Counted from the stretch's first letter, positions 10,071 through 19,417 are shown. The stretch: 64,000 nucleotides of DNA from an uncultured Acidimicrobiaceae bacterium (GCA_963835815.1 CAWIGU010000005.1:195827-259826); one strand, 5' to 3'. Numbers and translations: made by a program. The notes: generated from the letters alone by a model not told the origin.

Positions 10071-11552
10071 CTAGCGGCCGAGACCGCCGTCAGCCCACGG
10101 AAACTCCTCGGTGGCGGCGAGGACGGCCGTGGCCACATGCTCGACCTGGGGCCGCATGCGCCGGTACAGCTCGACGGTGGCCGCGTCCGGGGTGATGATG
10201 GCTTCTACGGGATCGAGTTGGTCCAGCGTCAACCCCATGCCCAGGGCACGTCCGGCCAGGAGCGCAGCACCGGCGGACGCCGCCTCACCGGAGCGATGAC
10301 GGACCGCGGGGATACCGAGCACCGACGTCAACACGTCGACCCACAGGGGGAGACCGGTGCCCGCGCCGCCCAACGTGACTCCTTGGGCCGTGCTGCCACC
10401 GAGCCGGCCTGCCGTGACGACTTCCATGCAACGCAGGACGTCCCACGCCACGGACTCGATCACGGCCCGGGACAGGTCGTCGGCACCGTGCACGGCACCG
10501 AGACCGACGAAGCCGGCCCGGGCGTCGTCGCGCCACCACGGCGCACGGGCGCCGTCGAGCCAGGGCACCGCCGTGACGCCGCGGGCCCCGGGCGGGCTCT
10601 TGGCCGCCCGCGTCGCCAATTCGTCGACGGGACGGTCGAGCAGCCGGCCGAGCCAGGCCAGGAACGAGCCGGCGGCCGAGAGCCCACCTTCGAGCAGCCA
10701 CCCTTCGCTCGCCCCTCTCGTGACCACGGCCCCGGCCGGAGAGGGGACCGGTCGCTCGTGGACCGGAACCGAGACGTTGGCGGTCGTCCCCCAGCTGACC
10801 ATGGGGCAGTCCTCCGAGGCGCCCGATCCGAGGACCTCGCATTGGCGGTCCCCGGCGCCGATCACCACGGGGGTCCCCGGACGCAGGCCGAGCTCGGCGC
10901 CCGGGACCGGCTTGAGGTGGCCGATGACGGTGTCGGACGGCACGACGCTCGGGAGCTTTCCCATGGCGGGCCCGGCCAACTCTCGCACGGCGTTCCCGTC
11001 GAAGTCGTAGAGGCCGCTGCGCGAGGCGAAGCTGGCGTCGGTCACCACCTCGTCGGTCATCCGTCGCAGGACGAAGTCCCGGGGCGAAAGGATCACGTCG
11101 CTGAGAGCCAGCCGGTCGGGCTGGTGCGCATGCAGCCAGGCCAGCTTGGCTGCCATGGCCCCGGCGTCCAACGGGATCCCCGTCCGGGCCCGGTTGATGT
11201 CCTCGCCCCCGAGCATCTCGGCCAGGACCGGTGCCTCGGCCACCCCGCGGCGGTCGGACCACAGGATCCCCTTGCCGATCGGCTCACCCGAAGGCGACAC
11301 GGGAACGAACGTCTGACGCGCCCCGGAGCAGGCGATGACGTCCACCCTCCCGAACGCGGCCGGGGCCTGGGCCCTCGATTCGGCACAGGCGATGACCACC
11401 GATGTCCACCAGCGCAGCGGATCTTGTTCGGCCCACCCGGGCTGGGGGTGCGCCGTGGTGATGACGGAACGGGTCAACGCGACGAGCCCCTCGTCGCTCC
11501 ACAGCCCCACCTTGGTCACCGTGGTCCCGAAGTCGATGGTGAGGATCATCAT
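10071..11552 (-). CDS. FGGY-family carbohydrate kinase (xylulokinase-like)
   Basis: MMILTIDFGTTVTKVGLW... within the frame of ORF 10071..12509. Its ATGATGA overlaps the upstream aldolase stop (11549-11552). 493 aa. Confidence 0.85.
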   Translation of the reverse strand: MMILTIDFGTTVTKVGLWSDEGLVALTRSVITTAHPQPGWAEQDPLRWWTSVVIACAESRAQAPAAFGRVDVIACSGARQTFVPVSPSGEPIGKGILWSDRRGVAEAPVLAEMLGGEDINRARTGIPLDAGAMAAKLAWLHAHQPDRLALSDVILSPRDFVLRRMTDEVVTDASFASRSGLYDFDGNAVRELAGPAMGKLPSVVPSDTVIGHLKPVPGAELGLRPGTPVVIGAGDRQCEVLGSGASEDCPMVSWGTTANVSVPVHERPVPSPAGAVVTRGASEGWLLEGGLSAAGSFLAWLGRLLDRPVDELATRAAKSPPGARGVTAVPWLDGARAPWWRDDARAGFVGLGAVHGADDLSRAVIESVAWDVLRCMEVVTAGRLGGSTAQGVTLGGAGTGLPLWVDVLTSVLGIPAVRHRSGEAASAGAALLAGRALGMGLTLDQLDPVEAIITPDAATVELYRRMRPQVEHVATAVLAATEEFPWADGGLGR

Positions 11553-12314
11553 CGGTGGACCAGCCCGGCGACGAGCCCGGCCATCTCGGCCGGGTCGGGG
11601 TCCTGGTACACGGCACGGCCGATGGCCATTCCGCTGCCGCCGCCCTCCATCACGTCGCGCACCTCGTCGAGGAGTGGCTCCCGGCCGGCATCGCCGAGCG
11701 GGCCGCCGAGAAAGAGGACGGGTACCCCGACGCTGGCCACCACCCGGGCCACGGCCCGCTGGCGTTCGTGTCCGGCCGTGACCGGCGGGAACCGGGACCT
11801 TGAGGACGGGCGCACCCATGTCGTGCGCGATCACCGCCGACAACACGATGGCGTCGGTCTCGCGGGCGACACGCCCGTCGCGCCACACGAGCGGCTCGAC
11901 GAGCGCCTCGAGCCCCGCCGCGCGGGCCTCCTCGAGTACCTGCCCCAGCAACTCGAGCGCCGCCGCCGTCTGCCGGTCGGCCATGTCGATCCTCGTCATG
12001 TGCTTGACCCCGGTCCACCCTTCGGCCTTGGCCCGTGGCACCGTGGCCACCAGGCGGTCGTCGAGCTCGAAGGCGGAGCCGGCCAGTCCCGTGCGGTTCA
12101 ACGAGAGATACGTGCGGTGCGCCGGCGTCACATGACCGGCCGCCGCCAGATCGTTCAGCGGTTGCGCGGTCGCCAGTATCCCGTCGCACGAGGGGAGTGC
12201 CTCCGCGAGCGCAGCCACGTAATCCCGGTAGTTCTCCGTCGTCACCACGCCACGCGCCCGGTGATCGGCCGCCAGAATGAGGGCGGGGGTCGGCAACCGG
12301 CCGGCACGCGTCAT
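11549..12314 (-). pseudogene. class I aldolase-like TIM-barrel protein (DeoC/LacD/FbaB superfamily); frame break near 11780-11792
   Basis: MTRAGRLPTPALILAADHRARGVV...AHDMGAPVLKVPVP continues in ORF 11549..11815 (VTAGHERQRAVARVVASVGVPVLFLGGP...GMAIGRAVYQ). ATGA overlap with the dehydrogenase stop (12311-12314). The span is 3n+1 nt. Confidence 0.7.
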
Positions 12315-13198
12315 CCCGCTCCGGACAGCGACAGGACGACCTTGGCCACGGCCGAGAAGTCCTCGCGCCCGTAGCCCGCGCTCTGCGCCGCCGTCAGCAT
12401 CTGGCGGGCCGTCGCGGTCGTGGCCAGGGGAACGCCTGCGTTGGCGGCGTAGCCCAGGGCGAGATCGAGGTCCTTGGCCATCAGATCGGTCATGAAACCC
12501 GGCTCCCAATTGTGCGATGCCGGGCTCTCGGGGACCACACCCGGCACCGGCAGGCGGGTGCGCACGGCCACACAGTCACCGGTGGCGTGGGTGATCACCT
12601 CGTAGAGCTTGTGCATGTCGACGCCGGACTTCACGGCGAGTGCCGTGGCCTCCGCCGTCGCCGTCATCTGGGCGGCGTAGATCAGGTTGTTGCACAGCTT
12701 CACCACCTGGCCCATCCCCGGGCCGCCCACATGGACGACGAGCCCGGCGAAGGCGTCGAGGACCGGCGCGATGTCATCGAGCGCGGCCCGCTCCCCTCCG
12801 ACCATGAGCGTCAGCACGCCGTTGCGCGCCCCGGCGGTGCCGCCCGAGAGCGGCGCGTCGAGATAGCGCGCCCCGGTCGCCGCTACCCGGCTGTGCTGGG
12901 CCCGCTCCACCTCGGGATCGATGGTCGAGCAGTCCACCACCGTCTGCCCCCGGCCGAGGGCGCCCAGCATGCCGTCGATCACCTCGCACACCTCGGGCGA
13001 GTTGGGGACGCACACGAAGATGACCTCGGACACCTCGGCCACCACGCGCGGGGTGCCGGCGTCGTGCGCCCCCAGAGCGACGGCGGCATCGATCGGACCC
13101 CTGCTGCGCGACGCCACGGCTACCTCATGCCCGGCTTTGACGAGATGCCCGGTCATCGGCAGCCCCATGGCGCCGAGACCAATGAATCCAATACGCAT
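12311..13198 (-). CDS. NAD(P)-dependent oxidoreductase, 3-hydroxyisobutyrate dehydrogenase (HIBADH) family
   Basis: MRIGFIGLGAMGLPMTGHLVKAGHEV... Rossmann N-terminus, internal ATG at 13198 in ORF 12311..13363. 295 aa. Confidence 0.85.
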   Translation of the reverse strand: MRIGFIGLGAMGLPMTGHLVKAGHEVAVASRSRGPIDAAVALGAHDAGTPRVVAEVSEVIFVCVPNSPEVCEVIDGMLGALGRGQTVVDCSTIDPEVERAQHSRVAATGARYLDAPLSGGTAGARNGVLTLMVGGERAALDDIAPVLDAFAGLVVHVGGPGMGQVVKLCNNLIYAAQMTATAEATALAVKSGVDMHKLYEVITHATGDCVAVRTRLPVPGVVPESPASHNWEPGFMTDLMAKDLDLALGYAANAGVPLATTATARQMLTAAQSAGYGREDFSAVAKVVLSLSGAG

Positions 13199-13232
13199 GG
13201 TGTCCCTCCGGGAACTGATGATCGGCGTGACG

Positions 13233-14585
13233 TTACGCGAATTGCGGAAGCCACTCGGCCGTACCGGCCAGCAGCTCGTCCACCATGGCGTCCATCTGGC
13301 CCAGGTCACCCCGCCCGGCCAGGGGATCGAGGACGAAGGCCTGCGCCGCCAGGTCGCGATCACCCCGCAACGCCGCTTCGACCGTGAGCTCCTGGGCGGC
13401 GGTGTGCCGGCGCACGATTTCGGCGTACGGGCTGGGGAGCCGTGCGACGTCGCGGCCGCGGATGCCGTCGCCGTCGATGACGCACATCGATTCGACGACG
13501 ACGCCGTCGGGCAGGTCCGGTGCCTGGCCCGTGTTCGGGGTGTTGACGGGAGCCTCGAGCGGCACGCCGGTCAACATGGCCTCGATCATCGGGGAGGGGA
13601 GCTCGCCCGATTGCCATGTCTGCAGGGGCTTGGACCCGTCCAACCAGGCGTCGACATTCGCCACATCTTGCGCGGCGTTCTCTTCACGGCGGGCGATCGG
13701 GGTCAGTGCGATGTTGTAGGCCGCGCCCCACCCCGACTCGGGGGTGAGCGCGAAGGAGAGGAATTCCGCGATGTGCCGGTCTCCGGCCGCCGGGAAGGTG
13801 CCCCAGCGTTCGAGCAGGGTGAGCTTGAGCATGTGGCGCTGCGCAAAATCGAGCTTGGAGAACTTCTCGGCCTCCGCACGTCCAGGATGCGGGGCCAGCG
13901 ACGCCAGACCCCCGACCTCTTCGACCAGATCGCGGAGGATGGCGAACCCGTCCTCGCCGTCCACTTCGAGCGCCGTCAGCACCGGGAAGTGGTTCACCCC
14001 CACGACCGAGGGTCGTACCGACTCCCAGGGCTTGCGCAGGGCGATGGCCAGATCCATGGTGAAGTTGCCCACTTCGTGGCAGAGGCCGACGGTCTTGATA
14101 GTGGTCTCGCGGCACACCGAGCGGGTGAGCGTGGTCATGGGATTCGTGATGTTGAAGAGCCAGGCGTCGGGACAGACCGCTTCCATGTCGTGACCGATGC
14201 CCACCAGGACCGGGATGTTGCGCAGGGCCCGGTTGATCCCACCCGGGCCCACGCTGTCCCCCACCGTCTGGGTGATGCCGTGCGCCGCCGGCACGTCGAG
14301 ATCGACGGCCATGGAGCGGAACCCACCGGTCGAGATACAGACGAGGACGAAGTCGGCCCCCTCGAGCGCCGCGCTCTGGTCGGTCGTGACCTCCACGGTC
14401 GCCTTGGCCTCCATGGCGTCGGCCAGCTTGTGGGCGAGCGCCTCCATCTTCGGCAGCGGGGCCGGGTTGATGTCCTGGAGCACCAGGTGCATGCCGGCCA
14501 GCGCGGGGGTGCCGAACAGGTCGGCCATCAGCTCGGGCGCCCACTGATAGCTCCCCCCGCCGATGATCGTCACTCGAGTGCTCAC
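13233..14585 (-). CDS. glycoside hydrolase family 4 (NAD+/Mn2+-dependent glycosidase)
   Basis: 450-aa ORF with MSTRVTIIGGGSYQWAPEL..., GLCHEV and NHF motifs typical of GH4. Confidence 0.8.
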   Translation of the reverse strand: MSTRVTIIGGGSYQWAPELMADLFGTPALAGMHLVLQDINPAPLPKMEALAHKLADAMEAKATVEVTTDQSAALEGADFVLVCISTGGFRSMAVDLDVPAAHGITQTVGDSVGPGGINRALRNIPVLVGIGHDMEAVCPDAWLFNITNPMTTLTRSVCRETTIKTVGLCHEVGNFTMDLAIALRKPWESVRPSVVGVNHFPVLTALEVDGEDGFAILRDLVEEVGGLASLAPHPGRAEAEKFSKLDFAQRHMLKLTLLERWGTFPAAGDRHIAEFLSFALTPESGWGAAYNIALTPIARREENAAQDVANVDAWLDGSKPLQTWQSGELPSPMIEAMLTGVPLEAPVNTPNTGQAPDLPDGVVVESMCVIDGDGIRGRDVARLPSPYAEIVRRHTAAQELTVEAALRGDRDLAAQAFVLDPLAGRGDLGQMDAMVDELLAGTAEWLPQFA

Positions 14586-14683
14586 GCCGTCATCCTGTTC
14601 CCCGACACACGCCTCAGTCTACAAAGGGCTCCGCGGGCCTCCCGAGCCTCGGGATCCGCCCCGAGGGCAGCTGCGCGACGCAC

Positions 14684-15160
14684 CTACGACGACTGGACCG
14701 GCGGCGGCGGCAATTCCTTCTCGCCCCAGAAGGAGGCGAAGGGGTTCTCGTTGTACGGGTCGATGGCGACATAGCCGGCCCGCACATAAAGGCTGATCGC
14801 GTGCACCTGTTTGGGCCCCGTATCGAGCCGCGCCCGGCGGTAGCCGAGCGAGTGGGCGGTCACCTCGAGCGCCTCCAACAGTGCGCCGGCCACGCCCCGC
14901 GAGCGGGCGGCCGGGCGTACGAACATGCGCTTGATCTCCCCGGTGCCTGCGTCCATCCGTCGCACCGCGCCACCGGCGACAGCCAGTTCGCCCTCCCAGG
15001 CCACGAGGTACACGCCATCGGGTGGCCGCAACTCGTCCGCATGGACAGCGGGAAGGTCGAGCCGGCTCGACGTCCAGTACATGGCGTTGAGCTCGTCCGC
15101 CATTTCGGCCAACAACTCGGATGCCGGGGCCTCCTCGGGATCACAGGGATCGAAGCGCAC
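14684..15160 (-). CDS. GNAT-family N-acetyltransferase
   Basis: The C-terminal part of ORF 14684..15298 carries the acetyl-CoA-binding segment (IKRMFVRPAARSRGVAGALLEAL). Start placed at GTG 15160, after the upstream SDR stop. Confidence 0.7.
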   Translation of the reverse strand: MRFDPCDPEEAPASELLAEMADELNAMYWTSSRLDLPAVHADELRPPDGVYLVAWEGELAVAGGAVRRMDAGTGEIKRMFVRPAARSRGVAGALLEALEVTAHSLGYRRARLDTGPKQVHAISLYVRAGYVAIDPYNENPFASFWGEKELPPPPVQSS

Positions 15161-15182
15161 CGGGCTCCCGCTCCTCGCGCCC

Positions 15183-15959
15183 CTACACGGCAGGCGAGAG
15201 CCCGCCGTCGAGGTTGATGGCTGTTCCCGTGAGGTACGACGCCCGCGCCGAGAGCAAGAAGCACGCCAGGTCGGCGAACTCCTCCGCTCTTCCGACACGC
15301 CCGAGCGGGATCGAAGCGTTGGCCGCCATGCGCTCGTAGTGCGCCGGGAGCTCCACGCCGGCGGCAGAGGCCATGCGCACCCACTGCCCGCTCTCGATGA
15401 GGCCGATGAGAATCGCGTTGACCCGGATCCCGTCCGGGCCGAGCTCCTTGGAAAGCGCCTTCATCAGCGCCATGCCGGCGGCCCGCGAGACCGCGCTGGG
15501 CTCGCTGGCCGCCCCGGGCGCCTTGGCCGCCATGGCCAAGGTGAACAGCGCCGCACCCCTGCTCTGCCGCAGGTACGGCAGCGACGTCCGGGTGAGCCGC
15601 ACCGCGCCCATCAATTTCACCTGCAGGTCGGCTTCCCAGACGTCGTCGTCATGGGACTCCAACGGCCCGCCGGCGGAGCGGCCGGCGTTGTGGACGATCC
15701 CGTCGATCTTCCCCCACCGGGCCACCGCGTCTTCGACAAAGCGGTCGATCTCCCCGGCGTGCGCGACGTCGGCCCGCACGGCCAGGACATCGCCGCCTGC
15801 CGCGGTCAAGCTGCGCTCGGCCGCGGCCAGGCGCTCTTCGTCGCGCCCGCAGACGGCAACCGACGCGCCCTCGGCGAGCAACCGCTGCGCCAGTGCAAGT
15901 CCGAGGCCGTCGGTGCCCCCGGTGATCAGGACGACGTTGCCGGTGAGTTCGAGATCCAC
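15183..15959 (-). CDS. SDR-family oxidoreductase
   Basis: 258-aa ORF with VVLITGGTDGLGLA and NAG motifs. The GTG start directly abuts the permease stop (TAA at 15962..15960). Confidence 0.85.
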   Translation of the reverse strand: MDLELTGNVVLITGGTDGLGLALAQRLLAEGASVAVCGRDEERLAAAERSLTAAGGDVLAVRADVAHAGEIDRFVEDAVARWGKIDGIVHNAGRSAGGPLESHDDDVWEADLQVKLMGAVRLTRTSLPYLRQSRGAALFTLAMAAKAPGAASEPSAVSRAAGMALMKALSKELGPDGIRVNAILIGLIESGQWVRMASAAGVELPAHYERMAANASIPLGRVGRAEEFADLACFLLSARASYLTGTAINLDGGLSPAV

Positions 15960-17571
15960 TTACTCCGACTCGAACTCTTCGATGCCGAAGAGGCCGACAG
16001 GCACGCCGATGTCCTCGGGCACCCGGGTAGGCGTGTCGCGGTTGAGCACCTCGCCGCGGAAGTAGGCCGGCCGGATCGCCCGGTACACGTACATCAGGAC
16101 GATGCCGAGCAGCAGGACCCCCACGTCGAGGATGAAGACGCCGCCCACGACCCGACTGGTGCCGGGGATCTTCCAGCTGGTGTAGCTGTTCACCGGTTGC
16201 CAGTAGTACCAGAAGGACCATCCCATGCAGAACCACAGGATCACGCCACCGAGGAGCGGGATGACACCCCGGACCCAGAAATTGCGCGCGCTCTGGGTCA
16301 GGGTGGACCGGTAATACCAGACACAGGTGAACCCGGTCAGCCCGTAGTAGAAGGCGATCATGATGCCCAGGGCCGAGACCGAGTCCGTCGATCACCGCAC
16401 CGCCCGAGGTGAGGTAGTTCATCGTCACGTAGAGAATGATCGAGACGCCGCCCATGGCGAGCGTCGACACCGTCGGGGTCAGGTACTTCTTGTGAATTTT
16501 GGCGAACACCCCGGGGATCGCCTTGTAGACGGCCATCGAGAGGGTGGTGCGCGCCGTGGGCAGGATCGTCGTCTGCGTGGACGCGGCAGCCGAACTGAGC
16601 ACCATGAGGATGAGCAGGTGCGTCAGGACGTTGGCGAAGCCCGAGGTACCGAAGATGGAACTACCGAGGACCGAGAGCACGTCACCGGTGTTGTTCGGGT
16701 TCTCCAGCCCGACCCCCTTGGTCCCGATACCGGCGTAGGACTGGGTCGAGAGGACCACCAGGGCGTAGGTGGCGAGGAGGACGACGGTGGAGAGCACGGC
16801 CGCCCGGCCCGGCGTGGTCTGTGAATCCTTGGTCTCTTCGTTGACCGAGACCGCGGTGTCCCACCCCCAGTAGATGAACAGCATCAGCGTGAAACCCACC
16901 ATGAACCCGGAGAAGGTGAAGTTATGGAACGGGTTGAACCACGACAGGCTGGGCGTGAGGTGCCCGACCGGCGCCGTGCCGTTACCCACCTTGACCAGGG
17001 CCACGATCGAGAGCACGAGCAGCATGGTGAGCTCGATGCCCAGCAGCACCTTCTGGAGATTGGCCGAGATCTCGATGCCGACGTAGCAGATGGCCGTCAT
17101 CAGCACGATCCACATGACCCCGACCAGCAACACCCAGCCGCTGCTGGAGTTGCCGCCGATCCCCTTGGCGTTGAACAGGAGGAAGAGGTACTGGCCCGCC
17201 ACCTGGGCCAGGCTGGCCATGACGAGCAGGTCGGCGGCGATGATGCCCCAACCCCCGAGCCATCCGGTCTTGGGCCCGAAGGCCCGGGCACCCCAGGTGA
17301 ACGTGGTGCCGCAATCGGGGTCGGCGTAGTTCATCTCCTTGTAGCCGTAGGAGACGAACAGCATCGGGACGAACGCCAGGACGGTGATGATCGGAGCCTG
17401 CAGGCCGTTGATGGCGATGACCACGAATCCGAGGGTGGCGGCCAGGCTGTAGGCCGGAGCGGTCGAGGCCACCCCCACCACGACGGAGGAGATGAGCCCG
17501 AGGGCGCCGCTCTTGAGCCCTTTCTCGCCGATGTCACCAGAGGTTTGCGCCGGCGCCGCCAGATCTGTCAT
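15960..17571 (-). pseudogene. APC-superfamily amino acid/polyamine permease; frame break near 16381-16390
   Basis: ORF 15649..17571 is a good permease up to ...NYLTSGGAVID. The last helices (SVSALGIMIAFYYGLTGFTCVWYY...) are in ORF 15960..16361. The span is 3n+1 nt. Confidence 0.8.
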
Positions 17572-17742
17572 GGAGATCCTTTCGGTGAAGGGTGGCAGGT
17601 ACCATACCCAATTGCCGTCAGGAATGCGTCATAAATCTCTTTGTGCTGGTCGATCTCGAACGCCCCTGGTAGCTGCGGCGTCGATTACAGCTGAAATTTG
17701 CGTTCTATGCGGAGGGAATCGTCTTCGCCCAAGCGGAGCGGT

Positions 17743-18408
17743 TCATTCCAGCCCGTCCTTGTCGATATGGAGCCGCAGCTCTTCGAGACTGGTGGCCAAC
17801 AGACGCGAGACGTGCATCTGACTGACGCCGATGGTGGCGGCGATCTCCGATTGCGTAAGACCCTGCACGAAGCGCATGCGGAGGATCGTCTGCTCACGTG
17901 GCGGCAGCATGGCCAGGGCGGGGGCCAGCAGTGCCCGCTCCTCGACCGCGTCGTAACGGGCGTCGCGCTCACCCATGCGGGCCGAGAGCGGATCGTCCTC
18001 GTTCTCCGATGCGTCGATGGAGGTCGCCCGGTAACCCTGCCCCGCCTCGATCGCCTCGAGGACGGCCTCTTCGGTCGAGCCGGTCATTTCGGCCAGCTCG
18101 GCCACCGTCGGGCTCCGCCCCAGTTGCTGCACGAGGGTCGAGGTGGCATGGCCGAGCTCGAGATAGAGCTCTTGGACCCGCCGGCTGGCCCGGACCGCCC
18201 ATCCCTTGTCCCTGAAGTGACGTTTGAGCTCCCCGATGATGGTGCGGGTGGCGAAGGCGGCAAAGTCGACGCCACGGGCGGGATCGAAACGGTCCACCGA
18301 CTTCACGAGCGCCACCGAAGCCACCTGCACGAGATCATCCAGCGGCTCACCCCGGTGCAGGAATCGGCGCGCCAGCTGGTGGGCCAGGCCGAGGTTGTCG
18401 GTGATCAT
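17743..18408 (-). CDS. SigB/SigF-type (group 3) RNA polymerase sigma factor; the true start is possibly GTG 18499
   Basis: 221-aa ORF with region 2 (DLVQVASVALVKSVDRFD) and a region 4 HTH (LTQSEIAATIGVSQMHVSRLL). The open frame extends upstream with no start codon. A GTG at 18499 forms a GTGA overlap with the anti-sigma stop, and 18499..17743 is 3n+1 nt. Confidence 0.8.
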   Translation of the reverse strand: MITDNLGLAHQLARRFLHRGEPLDDLVQVASVALVKSVDRFDPARGVDFAAFATRTIIGELKRHFRDKGWAVRASRRVQELYLELGHATSTLVQQLGRSPTVAELAEMTGSTEEAVLEAIEAGQGYRATSIDASENEDDPLSARMGERDARYDAVEERALLAPALAMLPPREQTILRMRFVQGLTQSEIAATIGVSQMHVSRLLATSLEELRLHIDKDGLE

Positions 18409-18495
18409 CGCGGTCCGCTCCGCGTCGGAGAAAGCGGTCTGTTCCTCCTCTCGTTCACTTCGCCGGAGGGAGCGTGGACGTCGTGGCGCCTCCGG

Positions 18496-18882
18496 TCACG
18501 CCAGCGGCTCCTTCCTCTGCTTGCGCAACCAGGCCCGTACCGATCCATCGGCTTGTTCACGACCATGCTCGTCCACGAGGGCTGCGAGTATCTGCTCGCT
18601 CAGCTCATCGGCCTCGTCCCCGTCGGCGTAACGCCCGGCGGTGGCCGGCAGCGCGCCGACCAACGTGCAGGCGATGTCGAGCGCCGCCGCCGAAACGGTG
18701 AACTCGAGGCGAAGGTCACCATGACGGGCGTCACTGCCCTGCAGGGCGAGGAGGCAGAGCTCGCCGACCGCCAGGCGAAGATCCTCGAGCTCTTCGATGT
18801 CGAATCCGACCCGGGTCGAGATGGCGGAGGCGACGAGGCGGGCCAGCACCACGAGATCCCCACGGGCGGGAAACGTCAGCAC
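18496..18882 (-). CDS. anti-sigma factor, RsbW/UsfX-like serine kinase (HATPase_c_2); the true start is possibly ATG 18940
   Basis: LTFPARGDLVVLARLVASAISTRVGFDIEELEDLRLAVGELC matches RsbW-type N-termini. ATG 18940 forms an ATGA overlap with the STAS stop, and 18940..18496 is 3n+1 nt. Confidence 0.7.
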   Translation of the reverse strand: MLTFPARGDLVVLARLVASAISTRVGFDIEELEDLRLAVGELCLLALQGSDARHGDLRLEFTVSAAALDIACTLVGALPATAGRYADGDEADELSEQILAALVDEHGREQADGSVRAWLRKQRKEPLA

Positions 18883-18936
18883 GACCAGGTCACCGTCTCC
18901 GAGCGTCGAGCTCCCGGTGAATTCGGATGTCTCCGA

Positions 18937-19278
18937 TCATGGTGCCGCGACTTCGGACAGGGCGTCGACAATCGGGAAGACCTTGTTCAATCCCGTGATC
19001 TCGAAGATCTTCTTGATCCGGGCATCGGTCACCACCACGTTGAGATCGCCGCCGAGCTCGCGGCAACGTTTGAGCCCTCCGACGAGCACCCCCAGGGCGG
19101 TCGAGTCGAGGAAGGTGACACCGAGCAGGTCGAGCACGACGGTGCCGTTGCCCTGCGCGATCACCTCGTGGAGGGCCTCGCGGAGCTGCGGAGCCGTGGC
19201 AACATCGATCTCACCGACGACGGCGATGACCGGGAGGCCTCGATCGGTGCGCTCCTCAATGTGAAACTCCTGCTCCAT
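18937..19278 (-). CDS. STAS-domain anti-sigma-factor antagonist (RsbV/SpoIIAA-like)
   Basis: 113-aa ORF with VVLDLLGVTFLDSTALGVLVGG, which contains the phosphorylatable Ser/Thr motif (DST). Confidence 0.85.
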   Translation of the reverse strand: MEQEFHIEERTDRGLPVIAVVGEIDVATAPQLREALHEVIAQGNGTVVLDLLGVTFLDSTALGVLVGGLKRCRELGGDLNVVVTDARIKKIFEITGLNKVFPIVDALSEVAAP

Positions 19279-19359
19279 GACACCCCAGTCCTTGTTCTCG
19301 ACGGTAGCGACCTCACGCGCCAGCGGGCGCGCTGCAATAGCGATTGATCAGCGGGACCT

Positions 19360-19385
19360 ATAGCCATCCCGGCAAAAAGTAAACC
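19360..19385 (-). promoter_or_regulatory. candidate SigF/SigB-type promoter for the STAS / anti-sigma / sigma operon
   Basis: The minus strand reads GGTTT-N15-GGCTAT, one mismatch to the GTTT-N15-17-GGGTA(T) consensus. It lies about 80 nt upstream of the ATG at 19278. Confidence 0.35.
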
Positions 19386-19392
19386 TCAGGAT

Positions 19393-19417
19393 GTTTCCCG
19401 TCACCCCAACCGGGGTA
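19393..19417 (+). promoter_or_regulatory. candidate SigF/SigB-type promoter for the GAF-PP2C-kinase gene
   Basis: The plus strand reads GTTT-N16-GGGTA, about 105 nt upstream of the start at 19523. Confidence 0.35.

Noticed and set aside
14620-14660. The hairpin CCTCGGG-atccgc-CCCGAGG between the GNAT stop and the GH4 start as a terminator.
   Set aside because: It is a GC-rich 7-bp stem with no U-tract on either strand. It cannot be distinguished from chance structure in GC-rich DNA.
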